The notes below the pieces were generated by a model, which saw only the letters and a program-made list of their open reading frames with translations, was not told the origin of the DNA and ran no database searches. This document shows positions 34,713-49,500 of a DNA stretch of 64,000 nt, in pieces. The stretch is from Eutreptiella sp. 'Long Island Sound 2002' (taxonomy: Eukaryota > Protista > Euglenida): contig OZ038378.1 in the NCBI GenBank assembly GCA_964036045.1, positions 10,726,001 through 10,790,000 of the forward strand, in the 5' to 3' direction. The first letter of the stretch is position 1, and each line of letters starts with the position of its first letter. The translations under genes were made by a program, and so were the position numbers.

Positions 34713-36380
34713 GTGGGCGTGGGCGTGTCAATGCATACACGACAACGCAATGGACAACAGCACCCAAAGCGGTGTGGTGTAGGTGTGAGCTGCATACCCT
34801 TCCCCCGTGTACAGGGACACGTTGAAGAAGGGGCCAAGCCATGCAAAGTCATGGGTGACCAACCAATGCAGCGGTCTTGAAATGGGGAGACCAAAATTTC
34901 GCCCCCCGCCAGCCCGTTCAAAGCCGAGAGCCCAAACCAATACGGTCCGACCCTTTCATTGGTACTCCTTTGAGACCCTCTTCAATGCTCTCTTCGAGGC
35001 CTTCTTCCATGCCTTCTCCTGCAATCGCCACTATCACTCGCATCGTGTTGCCGGCTTTGATTGTCGGGGTCATATCAGGGGCTGCCAACATGTATCGGCC
35101 TTCATATCTTTGACACTGCGCATCTTTACACGCCACGGTAAAGCAGGAAATATACAACTGCAACAGTGAGCCCCCCCCCCCATGCACTAGCGAGGGCACT
35201 GTACCCCAAAACAGATTGAATGGCAACCAAATGCATGGAAACAGGTCAGTCATACGATGACAGAAGCGGTGTGACCCAGCAATCTACCCCATCACACAAG
35301 CACGGGCCAGGTTCCAAAAATGACGGTACAACGGAGACATTTCGCTTCGACAATACCGTGCCCACCCACAACCTGAGGCTTTGGGGGGTGAGCTTGCAGC
35401 GGACTTAGCCGCAGGCTTAGAAATGGGTTTTGGGGTCCTACTCTTAGGAGAAAAACAATTGCCAACGATATCCTTTGTGGACTGACTTGATATTAATGGC
35501 ATGACTGCCACCTGAATTCGGTCTCATGAAATATTGTGAAAGCGGCCTGTAGCATTTGGGGATCGTTTTTGAGGAAATGTTGCTGTGCCCAAACTCAACC
35601 ATCACGACCATCAGACAGGTCCACTTTACCGGTACAAGCTACTCAACATGATGTTGAATTGTACTGGGGACCTCAAAAACAGCGGCCCCAAAAAATGCTC
35701 CAAGACGACCGTACCAAAAGGTTGCAATGCTTGGTGGTGGCACTTCCTAAAGTGGGGGGGGGAGAGGGGGGCTGGACCACAATTGCGCCATGAACCATTT
35801 TACATCTACCATTCAGGATTCATGAGCGAATCAAACTGTGTGCCAAATCAATACACTGAATACATCTCCTGAATTTGGGACCCGCCATATCATGGACGAC
35901 AGGGGCCACAAAGGTAATTCCCCATGAAGATTGACACTGCACCACACGCAGGGCCCAGAACGTTCTGGTATATATATTCTCGATTTTGTACTGTGGTGTA
36001 TCTTCCATCGTGTGCGCAGGCCTCCTGTCAGTCCCCGGGAGCTAGGACATAATCATGATTCACACTGCAACAGTCTGAAAATCTTTAGATGCTATGCACA
36101 CTGCTGATCATGGTGTGTAGCCTCTTGGTGGACAAATTCCTCAAGGAGAATATCATAGGCTGTGTTAGCTGGGCTACAGCGGTGAGAATTCACAATGCTC
36201 TGTGGCAGCCTGCTAATTCATTTATTATCGGCGAGCTTAACGAAACATCAAACCTGTTCCTGATGGCCAATGTTGGCGCTTCCTCGGGCATACGTGGTAC
36301 AGAGGGCCTGCATTGTCCGGTCATGTGTCTTGCGTCTTGCGTGGGGGGGATCAAAGCTCCAGAAAAGTACCTCAGGAACG

Positions 36381-36479
36381 ACCACCACCACCACCACCAC
36401 CACCACCACCACCACCACCACCACCACCACCACCACCACCACCACCACCACCACCACCACCACCACCACCACCACCACC

Positions 36480-36557
<78 letters not shown>

Positions 36558-36620
36558 GCAACAACAACAGCAGCAACAACAGCAACAACAACCAACAGCA
36601 GCAGCAGCAGCAGCAGCAAA
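36381..36620 (+). repeat. Compound trinucleotide microsatellite (CAC)n-(CAA)n-(CAG/CAA)n
   Basis: About 100 bp of pure CAC, then about 75 bp of pure CAA, then mixed CAG/CAA. Confidence 0.98.
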
Positions 36621-39600
36621 GAAGAATGACAACAACGATAACAACAACAATTATGCCCGCTTGCGCTGCATGGAAGGGGGCATTTTCGTTTAAGGGCGTG
36701 ATGCCCCGTGCCAGAGCCCAAACCTCACCCTACCTCACCGCAAAGCATTGCACTGTGGTGCTGCTGAGTCTTTGGCAACCGATGTTCATGAACACGGCAT
36801 CCCCCTCTGAGTCATCATCACATTCGGATAAGACTTCCAAACAAAATAAACCCCTACAAGCACCAGCACCATACAACTGCACACTTCCTGAGCCTGCACT
36901 TTCCTGTGCCTGGGAGAGAGGAATCAGGTTAGGGACCATGGGCTATGATGGCAGCGCCGAAAAGGGCAAGGGGAGCCACTGCACCTGTACGGCCACCCTG
37001 GGGCGCCATTTGGCCTATCCGCACCCTGTGCGCCACGTTTTGGGAATTGGTGTGGAGGCTGTGATGCCCGAAGCCCAGAAATCCTAATCTGCCAAAACAG
37101 GCAGTCGCTATTGCACCTCTGCAGACCCGTCAATTTGACAGCAGCGCGCTCAAAGTGGACGCTGGTCATTTCGGAGCATCCGTACAATGGGGAACCGTGA
37201 GGAACCTTGTCCGACGGCGGTTGACAAGGCAAGGTCTGCGCGTGCAGCTGTTGGCGATTCACCGACGGCGGCTGGCGGTTGACCAGCTGCAGTTGATGCG
37301 GAACCCACGAGGTCCAGCCGGCGATCGCAAGCAGTTGGTCGGCAACAGCCCGCATTTGCCTGCCAACCGCCAGCCAGAGTCCGCCCTTTGTTCCTTCTTT
37401 TCAGCCTTACAAACGCAAGGGTCAACCACTTACAGAACAAGCGTCACCGTCCACAACACAAGTCAGGCTGTCAAAACTAAGGCTCGCAGCACACGCCAAA
37501 GAGCTACACAACCCTCCCCCTGGGAACCGCGAAATGAAACCCCGAGGCAACCCGGCGTGCCTTGATCCGCCGCCGATCTCCGTGAAAGCCACAGATCACT
37601 GCCACAGGGCACAGTGTTGAGGAACACTGTACTCTGCCGCACTGACCATCCCCCCATCCCAACGGCGGTACTACAGCGCATGTTTGCGCCCCCCCGGACG
37701 TTCAAATACAACGACAAGACGTTGCCTTAGCACTCAGCCGAGCCGCCACTCGTCCAACTCTTCCAGAACTTTCCCCCGGGGCTGCGGTGTGAATCCATCG
37801 GCGGATGTGCTCTCCACGGGCTCTATGTACAGTCGCTGTGTGCACACCCTCCGAGGGGTGTCTGGCCCTCAGCGTGGGCCAGCGCGTCGGGTCGCGTCCC
37901 TGCAAACGGGTTTGGTGCACACCATCACGCGTCCTTGCGTAAGGCCTCACAAGGAAGTGCTAATCATGTGCACCTGCTCGGCAGTGAGTGTGCGTGACCT
38001 GGCCCCACCAGGCGGTACGGGTGCACGGTGCGTGCACAGGGCAGATCTTTGTTGCACGCACCGGTGGATGAACCTCTCCCACAACCCCCCCCCCCCCCCC
38101 GGCACATGCACGTGAACCACGATGGCAACACAATCGTCACCTGAAGTTGCTCGTGGTAGACCATGGCCCAAAACCTTGTCGCGGATGAAATGCAGACACC
38201 TGCCCGGCCCACGACATTAAGACCTGGAATCGATGGTAAAGGACCCTTGGTCCATCGCTGGACCACGATGATCGGGTGATGCAAAGGCGTTTTTATGACA
38301 AAATGCCATCATCAGGAGCTCCTCCCACATTGACAGCCAAAGAAAAGCCAAAGGACTTGATGACGGAGTGGTCGAGCACCACCGAGAGTGGGACATGCAT
38401 GTTGAGGTTGCCTTATGGTACCAGGATCGCAACAGGGAAGCCGACAAGTTTGTAAGGCTGCGCTAAGGAAGCAAGGCCCGGCGCTTATGGAACAGGAAAG
38501 GGTGGCCACAACTTATTGAAATACATCCGAATAAAGGCACCGGCTGTCTCATGAGTAAAACACTGCCTGGCATCCTGAAAGAAGTGAAACACTAAGCTCC
38601 AGTCAGAGACAAGAGCATGCTCAGCGTATGCACGTGGTGCGCCCCGTCACCACGTGCGCACATCGCGTCAGCTGCTTGCCTCGTGTTTAGTCATTGAAAA
38701 GAGCTGAGGGTTCCATAGTCAGTGTGCATGCCCATACACACGTAAATGCACGCAAGGGGGATGCATGCGGGGCAGGGGGGGGGGGGGGGATGGTTGTTGC
38801 AGCTTGCACACAGCAGTCAGCAGGCATCTGGTGATACCCAGTGGTTACTGACGACGTGGTGGGAATGCAGATGTGCTGGTGGCAATCGATGGTATTTGAC
38901 AGAACACGGATGGCAGTGGGCAGCGGGTGGCCAACGGCACGGAGGGTACTGCGACAGATTTTCCGTCCTGAACGCCAAACCAAACGGCGGGCCTCTGTCA
39001 GGCCCGTCCCTTGACAGAGCGGCCCAGGGGTGGGCTTGGGATCACCACCGAGCGCTCTCATGAAGCACTCCAGATCTCTCTGCCTGCAGCACACGGCAGA
39101 AACGGAAAATGGGAGGTTGGGGGGGGGGGGCTTTGAAGTGTCGTCGGTGTGCCGGTTGGTACTTCCGGTTTCACGCACTTTGGGTGTGTTTTGTGGAGGC
39201 ATGCCTCAACGCTGTGGACGGCCGATGCTTTGGCGGTGCAGTGCTTCCGCTGCCCGCCGTCACCGCCTGTCGGTTTGTTGCTGCGCCGACCGCACTCACG
39301 GGCACACACAAGAGCGTGCTGCTGGCGTCGTATATCAGCTCGCACCTCCTGACGAGGGCCTGAGAGTAATGTTTGGCGCGGGGATGACCGAATAGAGAAA
39401 TGCCAAACGCACACAACACGGCACCGGAAGTGGCCATGAACAGTCCATACTGCAGGGCGGCCTTGAGCAGCGAATGCTCTCGCGTCCTTGCGTACGGCCC
39501 TGAACTGAGAGGGTCCGACGGCGATTAGAGGGCAACGGACAGCCGTTACAAGAGGAACCGAAAGGAAGCCATGGCGGCCTGTAAGGGCGGTGTTTATAAC

Positions 39601-40185
39601 ACAACAAAAAGACGGGAAAAACCCGGCGGGTGACTCCTACTGAGTGGGAGTTAGATCGGGACCCCTCCACACCGGAATGGAGCTGAATCCTACCGAGCGT
39701 GGATTGGATCGGGGCCCCGTTGACAGTCATGACCATGCGGTCGTCTTGTTCGGAGGTTCCTCCCGCTTTGTGGTCCGAGGACTGCGGTTAGCGAGGCCAA
39801 CAAACCACACGTCCGCCACAGGGACTGGCCCCGAGGACATGCATTGCATCGCTTCACTCTCCTGAGCCTTGCAGACAATGTGATCATTGAGGTCCTCAAC
39901 GCGCGACTGTACCCAAGGCCACACGAGAATACGCCGGACTCCGGTGCGCCCGGACCTCGGCAAAGCGCAGTCCGACAGGACCCCCGTGTCGGGGACCAGC
40001 CAACCGGCGTCAGCGGATCATCCCCGCCAAACGCCGCCAGCTGCCCCGCGTCTGCCACTTCGACCCCCGAGGCTGTCGTAGTGGGTACCCCCAAAAAAAA
40101 ACAAAGCCCCGTGCTCCTGAAGGACCTGCCACCAGCGGGGCCCCGAGCGAGCGCCTGCCTTTTCGACCCGTCCACGCCACGGGGC

Positions 40186-40548
40186 TCAGGCAGAGCCGCA
40201 CTTGATGGCACGGATCAGGTCCATCGCCTCCGCAGCATCGCTCGCGGCGGCGGGGCCCCCGGTCTGGGCCCCCAGGCAGGCGGCGATGCTGCGGTACAGC
40301 CGCTGCAGAGTGTGGGGCGTCATGTCGGGCTGGGCCGTGGACTGCAGCGTGGTGCGGTGCATCTCCTCGGACTTGCGGGAGGCGACGTGGAGGATGGCGG
40401 CCTTGATCCCGGCGAGTCGGGCCACGTTGAGCCCGAAGGACGACGGGGACACGCCCTGCTTCAGTTTGTACAGGAACGTGATCTTGGGGGGCACGAAGTC
40501 GTCGTCACTGGCCTCCGCGTGCGATTGCTGCCGCCGCCGCAGATGCTC
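40186..40548 (-). CDS. MSH3: MSH3 exon 12 (helix-turn-helix, stop)
   Basis: TGCCAG|GAG; ...[26 protein letters not shown]...; TGA at 40186-40188. Confidence 0.9.
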   Translation of the reverse strand, partial: EHLRRRQQSHAEASDDDFVPPKITFLYKLKQGVSPSSFGLNVARLAGIKAAILHVASRKSEEMHRTTLQSTAQPDMTPHTLQRLYRSIAACLGAQTGGPAAASDAAEAMDLIRAIKCGSA

Positions 40549-43500
40549 CTGGCAGACCGACGATGGAGTGACAGGCCGTTGGCAAACGCGTGTACGGGAG
40601 GGCGAGCGAGACACGCGTGCACACAAGAGGCGTGACACCCGAGCGGAGACATGTGCCTGGGGTCACCCACGAGGGCATCGAGAGAAGTCGGTACAGGCCC
40701 CCAGTACAGCCACAAGCACATTCTCAACGAAGGTCAGACATGTCCCGCTGGCAGACACATGGCGTGGACCCTCCGGGACAGGGGCCTTGTCTCGTCCGAC
40801 AAGAACCGGTTGACTCAGAGGTACGTGGCCGTAGCACATTCTGTTTCACGTCTGGCACCCTCCCCAGTGCCCTCACTCAGAGGGCGGGTAGAATCCAACC
40901 CCCGACCCCTGAACAAGGGATGGCTGTTCGCCATCATTCAGGAGAAGGAGGGTCTGTGTGTGTGAAAGAACGGGGGCTCGGTTGACGCCCCCTGACCAAT
41001 GCGGGCAACCGTGTGTCAAAAAAAAAAGTTGTGCTCGTTCCAACGGCTGTTTTCGAGATTCTCTGTGATTGGGGTCCGGGTCACCAGCCGGGGCCATGGG
41101 TTTTGGTGAGGGGCCCTCTGTCCATTCATCGCACCTTCGGCACGGGGCTTCGGAGGAACTGATTCATGGTCCTCCCACGGACCCTCGCCCCACGTGTCGG
41201 GGGCCCGATTGGCCTCCGCCCCGGGCGAGACTAACACCCGAGTCCCCCAGAGCGACTGCAGACGGGGCGGTCCCCAGGCCAGCACGTATGACAGAGGTCA
41301 CCGCAGTGTCAGAGTCGTAGGGTGCTCGGTTCCACGTGCCAAAAGGAGAGGACCCCTGGGGCCCTGGGTGCCATCCCATGTACAGTCGTCTCTTCCTCAT
41401 CCAGGGCACACAAGTGTGTTGGGGCGTCGTGGGGGTCGGCAAGCCCCGGCCGGCCAGAGGCTGCACGATCATCATCACCGGCCCGAGTCCGGGCACACGC
41501 CTCAGTGGCAGCCCAAGTGGCAGATTGGGTGGAGGTGGCGTTGACTTCGTGGCACTTCTGGCAAGTGTGAGAGCACCAACCGAAGGACGATGGAGGACGT
41601 CAGGCGGGCCATAGCTGAGTGGAGTGAGCCATAGGGGCATCGCGCTTGCGGCAGGCCAGGGGGCGATGGTATCATGGGGGGGTACGTGCTGGCGGCAGGG
41701 TGGATGGTGCGGTGCCGCTCCACGTGGGGCTGAGGGCACGATGGTGGGGGACCCGAGGGGGATGTTGGGAGGCCAGGGGCACACCTCGTCTTCATCCCGG
41801 AAGAAGGCCATGTAGTAGGACTCGACCATGGGTTTGTAGGCCTTCGCGAGGTCCGTGAGGATGGGGTAGTGGGTCACGAACAGGCACGTGCACCGGATCT
41901 GCGTGATGATGTGCTCCAGCGTCCCGTGCGCGATGGCCACCCCGTCGTGCGTACTGGTGCCGCGCCCCAGCTCGTCCAGAATCACCAGCGACCGGTCCGT
42001 GGCCCGGCGGAGGATGTCCGACGTCTCCTGCAGCTCGACCATGAACGTGCTGTGGCCCTGGGACATGTCGTCTCTGGCCCCCATCCGCGCGTAGATGGCG
42101 TCGAATACGCCGATGCGGGCGCTGGCGGCCGGGACGCAACACCCGATCTGGGCCATCAGGACGATCAGGGCCACCTGTTGTTACCGGACGTCGCGTCACA
42201 AAAATGAAAAACGGTGCCGTGCAAAATCACCAAAAAACTTCCGCAGGAGACGACAGTCCACCGGCAGGGCCGGGCCTCATCAGCAACGGCGGTTGGGCCT
42301 TCACTGACGGGAGTTGGGGGACACAATTTGGCCAGTAATGAGTGCCGGCGTTCGCGGTCCACAGCCGGTGGTCGACGCAGAGGGCCGTCTTTAAGGTCCT
42401 CATGGACAGTCCTGCACTGTTGTAGAGTGGTAGAGGAGGCAGTGCTGGGGGCACATCCTGCGGGGGGATGGCTGGCCCACGTAGATCCCAGGGACACCAT
42501 TTTCTTGCATGATCCCCGGGTTTCCATATGGCAGAGCGTCGCCTAAGCCGTGCTTCTCAAGCCTGCTGTGCTTTTTTTTTGGGGGGGGGGGGGTCTGGCA
42601 TGCTCTCATCTTGCCGATGATGGTCCATGCATCAGAGGAATTTGTATGCCACAGCGGGGCCCAACACTGCTGTTGTCTCCATCGTTTTGAGCGCTTTGTG
42701 CACGTGTCGCGCGGGGGGGGGGGGGGGCTCCTTGCAGTCCAAACATGAAATTACTTGACTCCCGGGTTTGTGGTCTCTGGACCGGCTGATGCTGTTTGCA
42801 GTCTTTGACATGGCATGGCAGCGGTTGGCCTGCCGTTTCAGGCAGCCTCGTGCATTTCCATGGGCGGTCCGGGGTCGTGCACGACACACACAGCACGTCG
42901 CACCTGCCGGATGTACGACGACTTACCGCCCATGTTGGGCCCGGTGATGATGATGCAGCGCTCGTGCTCCGTCAGCCGCACGTCGTTGGGGACGTACGTA
43001 GTGGCGGAGGAGGACGCCCCGTCGTCCGTGGCGCGGCGCTTCTCCTGTCCACAGGGCGTCAACATCCGCGACACGGGCACAATGCACATGGACCCTTCGC
43101 CCGATCGATCGGGCGCACACAAAAGCCCACAAGCCTCCCACTGTCTGGTGCTCAACTTTCAGGAAGCAATCCGAAGTCGGGTGCCAAAGGTGAATGAAGG
43201 CACTGGATCACGTTTCGAAACCCCCTTGTCCCAGTGCTTCCAAAAAAACCCGTTTCACGTTTTCTGACTTTGGGGTTCTGGTCAACATGCGTCAGATTCG
43301 CGACACTGTTTGTGACAAAAGGGGGTCATGAGGGGGAGGGCTGTACGAATACACGCATATACGCGTATGCATACATGTGTATACATCGCGTATCCGTTTA
43401 CGCGGATATAAACACCATGGCTCTGTGGGGAGTTTGTGTTTCCACGTTTCGTTGGGTCTCCTGAAGGTTGGGCGATGCAGGGTGTGTACAAACCAACAGT

Positions 43501-46500
43501 GCACCTAACGTGCCAAAAGTGACAAAGCCCCCCAAACCCCTGAAAATCGGAAAATATGCAACACGTGCCATGGAACTCAGAAACCCCAAGCTTGTCATGC
43601 AAAGGTTGCCTGCGTGCCCCCCACCCCAAGAAACCAAGCTCCTGCCGCACCTTGGTTTTCTGAATATTGTCACTCGGCATCTGCAGCGCGCCGAAAGTGC
43701 ATACAATTGTCAGGCCATGTTTACCTGTGGCACACAGTGCCTACAAACTACAGACCGCCGGACCCGTGTACGCGACGAGTAAACGTTGTTGCTGCACTGT
43801 GTTTTGGGGGAGGGGGGCTTTCGGAATATTGTCTTCGCGTCTTCACGTCTTCGCGTCTATAACATGCTGACAGTGTCTACAATTAGCAGGCCGCATGTAC
43901 TACAAAGTACAGACCGCCGGACCCCTATGCACAGGGACACACTGTTGCTACCCTGTGTTTCAGTATACACAACATATACCCACATACACAAACTCCCTAC
44001 ATAGACATGGTGTTCGTAGACGCGAAGATGCATATGCGTGTATACGTGCATACGTATATGCGTGTACGTCGCGCACACGTCGCGTATACATATACGTGTA
44101 TACGCCCACATACATATGCATGTATACATGCGTATTCGTACATAGCTGCAGACTTGCGCTTGAAGGAGGGCAGGAGTGAGACCTCTGCCCCTCCACTTCA
44201 GGGTCACAACTCACTGCACCCCAGCCGCTTCTTTCCACGCCCAATAGCCCTCCACCATTTTGTATCCGTCAGCCCTTGCCCCCCAACCGCCTTTCCGAAC
44301 ACTAGTGGGCCGCTTTGGCACCCCCCTTCAGCCCCCTGCCCCCGTAAATGCATCCCTGCGTCCTGTGTTTGCCCCACAAGCATCACTTTGCGATCCACTA
44401 GGTTCAGGCAACACGATCTGGCTGCGTCTCTATCGCTCGACTTAGCCTTGACACATGAATGGAAAATAAATGCACAAGAGGCTGCCTGCAAGAGCATGTG
44501 CACTATGATAAAAGAAAGACTGCGGTGATGCCCATTGGCAATGTTTTGCTGTAGCATATCACTCACATCACAAACATGCTTGTCCACCTCCGCATACAAT
44601 CCGGATGTGCCCGAAACCCCTCCGCCGTACATGGGAACAAGACCACACAGCAAGCAACCAAATGCAATCCACAGACAGAGGGCAAAGGATAAGTGGGGCC
44701 AAAACAAAATGGACACCGGCTGTAAGTGGTGGCAAACACCCCAAGCAATGGTCACTTTCTAAGCATTTTAGGCGGTAACAGCGGACTGTTTGAAAAATAG
44801 GAGGGAGTCTGTCAGGTGACGGCCATGAGAGAATTATGTAGCTGCAGTACAAGGCCACAAAATACAACAGCCAATTGGACGGTGCAGCAGCGTCGAGAAG
44901 AGCAAGGGCCAAAGTGCACGCAAAACAGAATCAACAACAAGCAGAGCCCATGAAACTCTTGTCGGCGTGGCAACCCACAGGGGCATAAAGAGAGCGTACA
45001 CAGGGGGCCTTGTATACCCCGGGTACTATTGCAAGCACATTCTCAATGTCACCCTGACAGTCAAACAGACAGTGTGGACGGACCCTTGCCACACCCTCCG
45101 CAACACTGACCTTGTCCAACAAAGCCATCCACGAAGCGCGCCAGGAACCAGTTCACTTGGAGGCACATAACTGTAGCGCTTTGCAGCCGCATGCGCCCCC
45201 CCCACCCCAGGGACACAATATGGCCATTAACCATTATCCTCATGGGGGGTTTTGCCATAAAGGCTGACTGAGTGTGTCATCATCATCATCAAGAGGGGGG
45301 AGGGGGGGCTGCACGCCCAAAGTGTGGCCCCAAGCTCCGCAGCAGGACGCATGTGGCCGCTGCCTTGGTGCGGCGGTGGGGCCTGCAGGCGGTGCTGATT
45401 CGAGGGCCTGGCCCTGGCCCGAGCCTTATGGTGCCGGGGGTGCGAGGAGGGTACGATGCTGAATCGACACGACACTGGCCGACAACGGGAGTGCTGCCCA
45501 CACCTGCAGCAGGCGCTCGACCATTGGGTGCCGACAGTCCTCGAGGATCACTTCTCGCTTCTCGGAGATCTCCGGCCGACAGTACCCCGGGAGCTTTGCG
45601 ACCTGCGGCGGGGGTTGAGGGATGCCCTTGGGATGTTGATTGATTGGGGGCTTGAGGGGGAGACCAGTGCAATGCTGATCAGCGGCCGTAGCCACTACAG
45701 AAGAGAGCGAGTCACCAGCCCTCAGCAGTCAGCAGAGCACCACACCCCAGTCATTGTTTTCGGTGCCCCGGAACTCTTGGAAGGTCCTGCACTCCCCCCC
45801 CCCCGCCCCGCGGCGTCCAGTTGGGAAACATCTGCGCTTGCACACCCCGTCTGCAGCTTTGGAGACACTTACGGCACACGAGAGCATACCGGCGTGGGGC
45901 TGGGGTGGAGGAGGTATGTGGGGTGGAGGCGGGGCAGAGATTAGGGCGTGGGAGGGCATGGGAGGTCGAGGAGGGCGCTTAGGATAGAGACCTCTGCCAG
46001 GGAAAAGAGGCAATCCAGCACCGCCAGTTTGTTGATGACCCCCCGGAAAAGGGCGTAGCTCTCGCCGCTAAACTCGCTCAAAAGTTGGATCCAGCACCTG
46101 TCGGACTCTATCGCCAGCCGCTCTTTGCACTGCGCCAACTTCTTCGCGCATTCCACAATAAACGGTGTGTGGAAGCGGTGGCAGGCCTTAATGCGGCTGA
46201 CCACGGACCATGCAGCGGGCACACGGTCGACATCCTGCAGGCAGAATGAACGAAGGGCACGTGGATGGGCCTTATCCCCTTGTAGAGGGGAGTAGACCCC
46301 ATGCGTTGATTCTTTGGAGGGTCTAGACCCTTCAAATAATCAACGCATGGCCACTCATGGCCCCATCTTTAACCCCCCCTCGTAACCCCCCTCATACCCC
46401 CCCCCCACCCCACGTACTCCCCCCCGTAGCCCCCCATCCCCCCCGTATCCCGCCACGCCCAAGAAAACCCTGGGGCTGGTGACCTTGCACCCCCCAATGC

Positions 46501-49500
46501 ACACTCCCTGCCCAACTCCAGCCCCTTCATTTCCCCTTGATACAACCCTACTATCTCGTAAAAGACACATGCATCACCAGGTGCAAAATTCGAAATCGGC
46601 AGTTTTGTCTGACATTGTTGCTGACCATCACATAACCAACACGGCTGCAGAAGGATTTTTCTGCAGATGCCTTCCCGTGATTTTCCCTGATTTTCCGTGA
46701 TTTTCCAGAATTTGCCATGGCATTTCCATGGCTGCAAACTTCCCATGTAGTTCACAAATCTGGGCTTTGGGGCCTCAGGAGCAGGCAATCTGTTGCTTCA
46801 CCGCAACTCCCCACAGAATATCACGTTGTTCAAGAACAAAAAACTGAAAGAATGAGAGGCCGGTTGGTGAAAGGGGTCAAAGAAAGCACAAAACAACTAC
46901 AGCGGCCTACTGATATTTCGAGAAAAGTTCCTCCACATCTCCGTTGCTGTGCATGGCCACAAGCTTGGAACATTTCTGCCCGTGTTCTGGCAACCAGTCC
47001 AGCCAAGCTCAACAGGCATCCCATTGCAACACTGGTCATTGGGTCCCAGAAATAGCCACAACCTCCTGCAAATGGGCGGTCTAGACTCCTAGGATTTGAT
47101 GATATCTTTGGTGATGAATTTCTGCATAGACACCCATACGGTCCTCCTTTTGTTGGCGCATATAGCTCCCCTTGCCACACCCTTTCACTTCTTCTGTGTT
47201 GGAGCTGTGGGTTTGCCGGAAGAAGGCATGCAAAAACCATAAAGGGGGGACAAAGAACGACAGCAGTAGCAGCAGTAACACCAACCGAGAAGTAGACCAA
47301 CAACAAAGGGCAACACCAACAACCGTGTAAACGACCTGTCCATTTCTGTGATTTTCTGGGATTTCCGTGACTTTGGACTGTGGCCCACATCCGTGATTTC
47401 CGGGGATTGCCACAGATAAGACAAGAAATCCTGCATTCAGGCCATCTCAACCATCCATGCTGCTGGAATGGGATCACTGGGTGTGGGGGTAGAGGGGTAG
47501 GTCTACATCTGCGTACAGACAAAATATGCATATGCCTTTCTTGCCGATCCCCCCTGACCTTTTTTCCTGGACTGCAAGTGTCAGTCACGGATGTTTATCA
47601 CATGGTCTTCCTGAGAACGTCCGGAAGCAGGAAGTCAAGGCCCCTGGAGCATGAGGGTATTGCTGGGCATGAGTCCTGCGTCGGAGAGGGCTGCACGTAT
47701 ACGCGCGTACACGCGTATACATATACGCGTATACGTGTACGCGTATACGTCGCGTACACGTATACGAGTGCACGCGTATACGCGTATACATGCCCTTGTG
47801 CATGGGTAAACGCCGTTAGCGGACCGGTTTTTAGGGAAGAGGGCCTTCGGCCCCATTCCCAAATATTGTCTCTTTGCGTCTACAACACGCCGACAGTGTC
47901 TACAATCAGCAGGCTGCGTCTACTTGTGGTGCACAGTGTCTACAGACTACACGCGGGTAAACCTGAAGGTGCACAGTGTCTACAAAGTACGCACAGTGTC
48001 CACAGACTACACCTACACGCGTATACGTCGCGTACACGTATACGCATACACATGTATACGCGCATGCGCGCGTATACGTACATATCTGGCGTCGGAGGAC
48101 CACTCGCCGGCATGCCAGCGTACGACTATGCGCATTGCCAGCCATCAATGCCGACCCTGGCGTTTGAACCCACGACCCCCAGGGGGCTTCCCTGCGGAGC
48201 TCCAGACACTTGGCTTTACTCCCCAGCACCAGTCGAGTAACTGTGCCCTGGGGGCCGGGCGCTGGAGTTGCACAACCCACCGCTGTCGGCTCTGGAAGAG
48301 GGTTCCGTGCTTCAGCGTGCAGACGTGCCACGAAGGAAGCCGGGGACCTTCAGGGGCACTTCAATGAGGTAATCGGTGCCACTGACGCTCTTGTACTCGA
48401 TCGCGGAGTTGCGCAGCTGCTTCCGCACGTCCCCCAAGTGCTCCTGCAGCTGCGCTTTGATGGTGCTGATCTCTTCATCGATGGCCAAAACGGAGGGGAA
48501 GGCCTTGGACTTGAGGAACAGACTCGCCTTCTGATTTGCTGCCGCGGCCGTCTGGTCAAACGCGGTCAAGTACTTCGTAATGGCCTCGTTGAGGTCCCGG
48601 ACCGGAATGCCCACGAGTGTCTGGATCAGGAGCCGCGACGTGACAGCGCTCAGGCTCCCGTGCAGCGAGAGCCCGGACGGCGGGGCGGCGTCTGCGGCAT
48701 CGTCTCCGTCCTCGTCGCATGCCATGCGGACGACCGTCTGCCCATCCTCGTCCTTCAGGTACGTCTGCAGCGTGTTCGCCACCTTCTGGAACGCCTGCGT
48801 TGCCGTGGGGGAACACCAGAAGAGCACCAGGAGCCTTTCCTAATTCAACCAAGAAAAAAAAAGACTGCGGTGTCCCGTGACACTGAGTACGCCAACTGCC
48901 GGCGGACCACCACCAACGAACGCCAGCGGACCGCCGAACGCGGGGTTGGGGGAACGGCTGGGGATGGGGTGCCCTCATTCGGGTGATGATGGTGCCGTGG
49001 ATGACGGTAGCTTTGTCCACCCAATCCTGATTTTGGGTACCGTGGATGTGGGACACTGGGCTGGGTTGCGGCTGGGCTAGGGCTGATGCCGGTGCTGGTC
49101 ATGCCATTACTGAATGACCCCCCCCGATGGATGACTCCGGTGGGGGGAGAGGGGGGGGGGTCGGCTGCCCATCCAATCGACCGAACCTACCCACCTAAGG
49201 ACCAGGGGGACAAAGGGACAAGGTCAGGGAAGAGGGGGGGTGCGAGGCCTGGAGGGGGGGGGGGGATTTTCGGAGTTGGAAAAGCGCCAGATCCGTGGCC
49301 CTGCGTCGTCTCATTGACGTCAGGGGCCTAAGGCCAGAGGCACAGACAGGCATGTCAGCTAGCCACGGCTTCAACACTGTTCGCGTGCGGACATCCGGGG
49401 TCCCCATGCACCAGTCTCTGCCTGCAGTCGTACCCGCTGGCGTAGGCTCAGGATCAGCCTGCAGCAGCATCTGCGTGCAGTAGTACCAGCGCATGCAGTG

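Noticed and set aside
36089-37087. 332-aa ORF with poly-His/Asn/Gln
   Set aside because: Openness is explained by the stop-free trinucleotide tract; the flanks look non-coding and all frames are open through the repeat.
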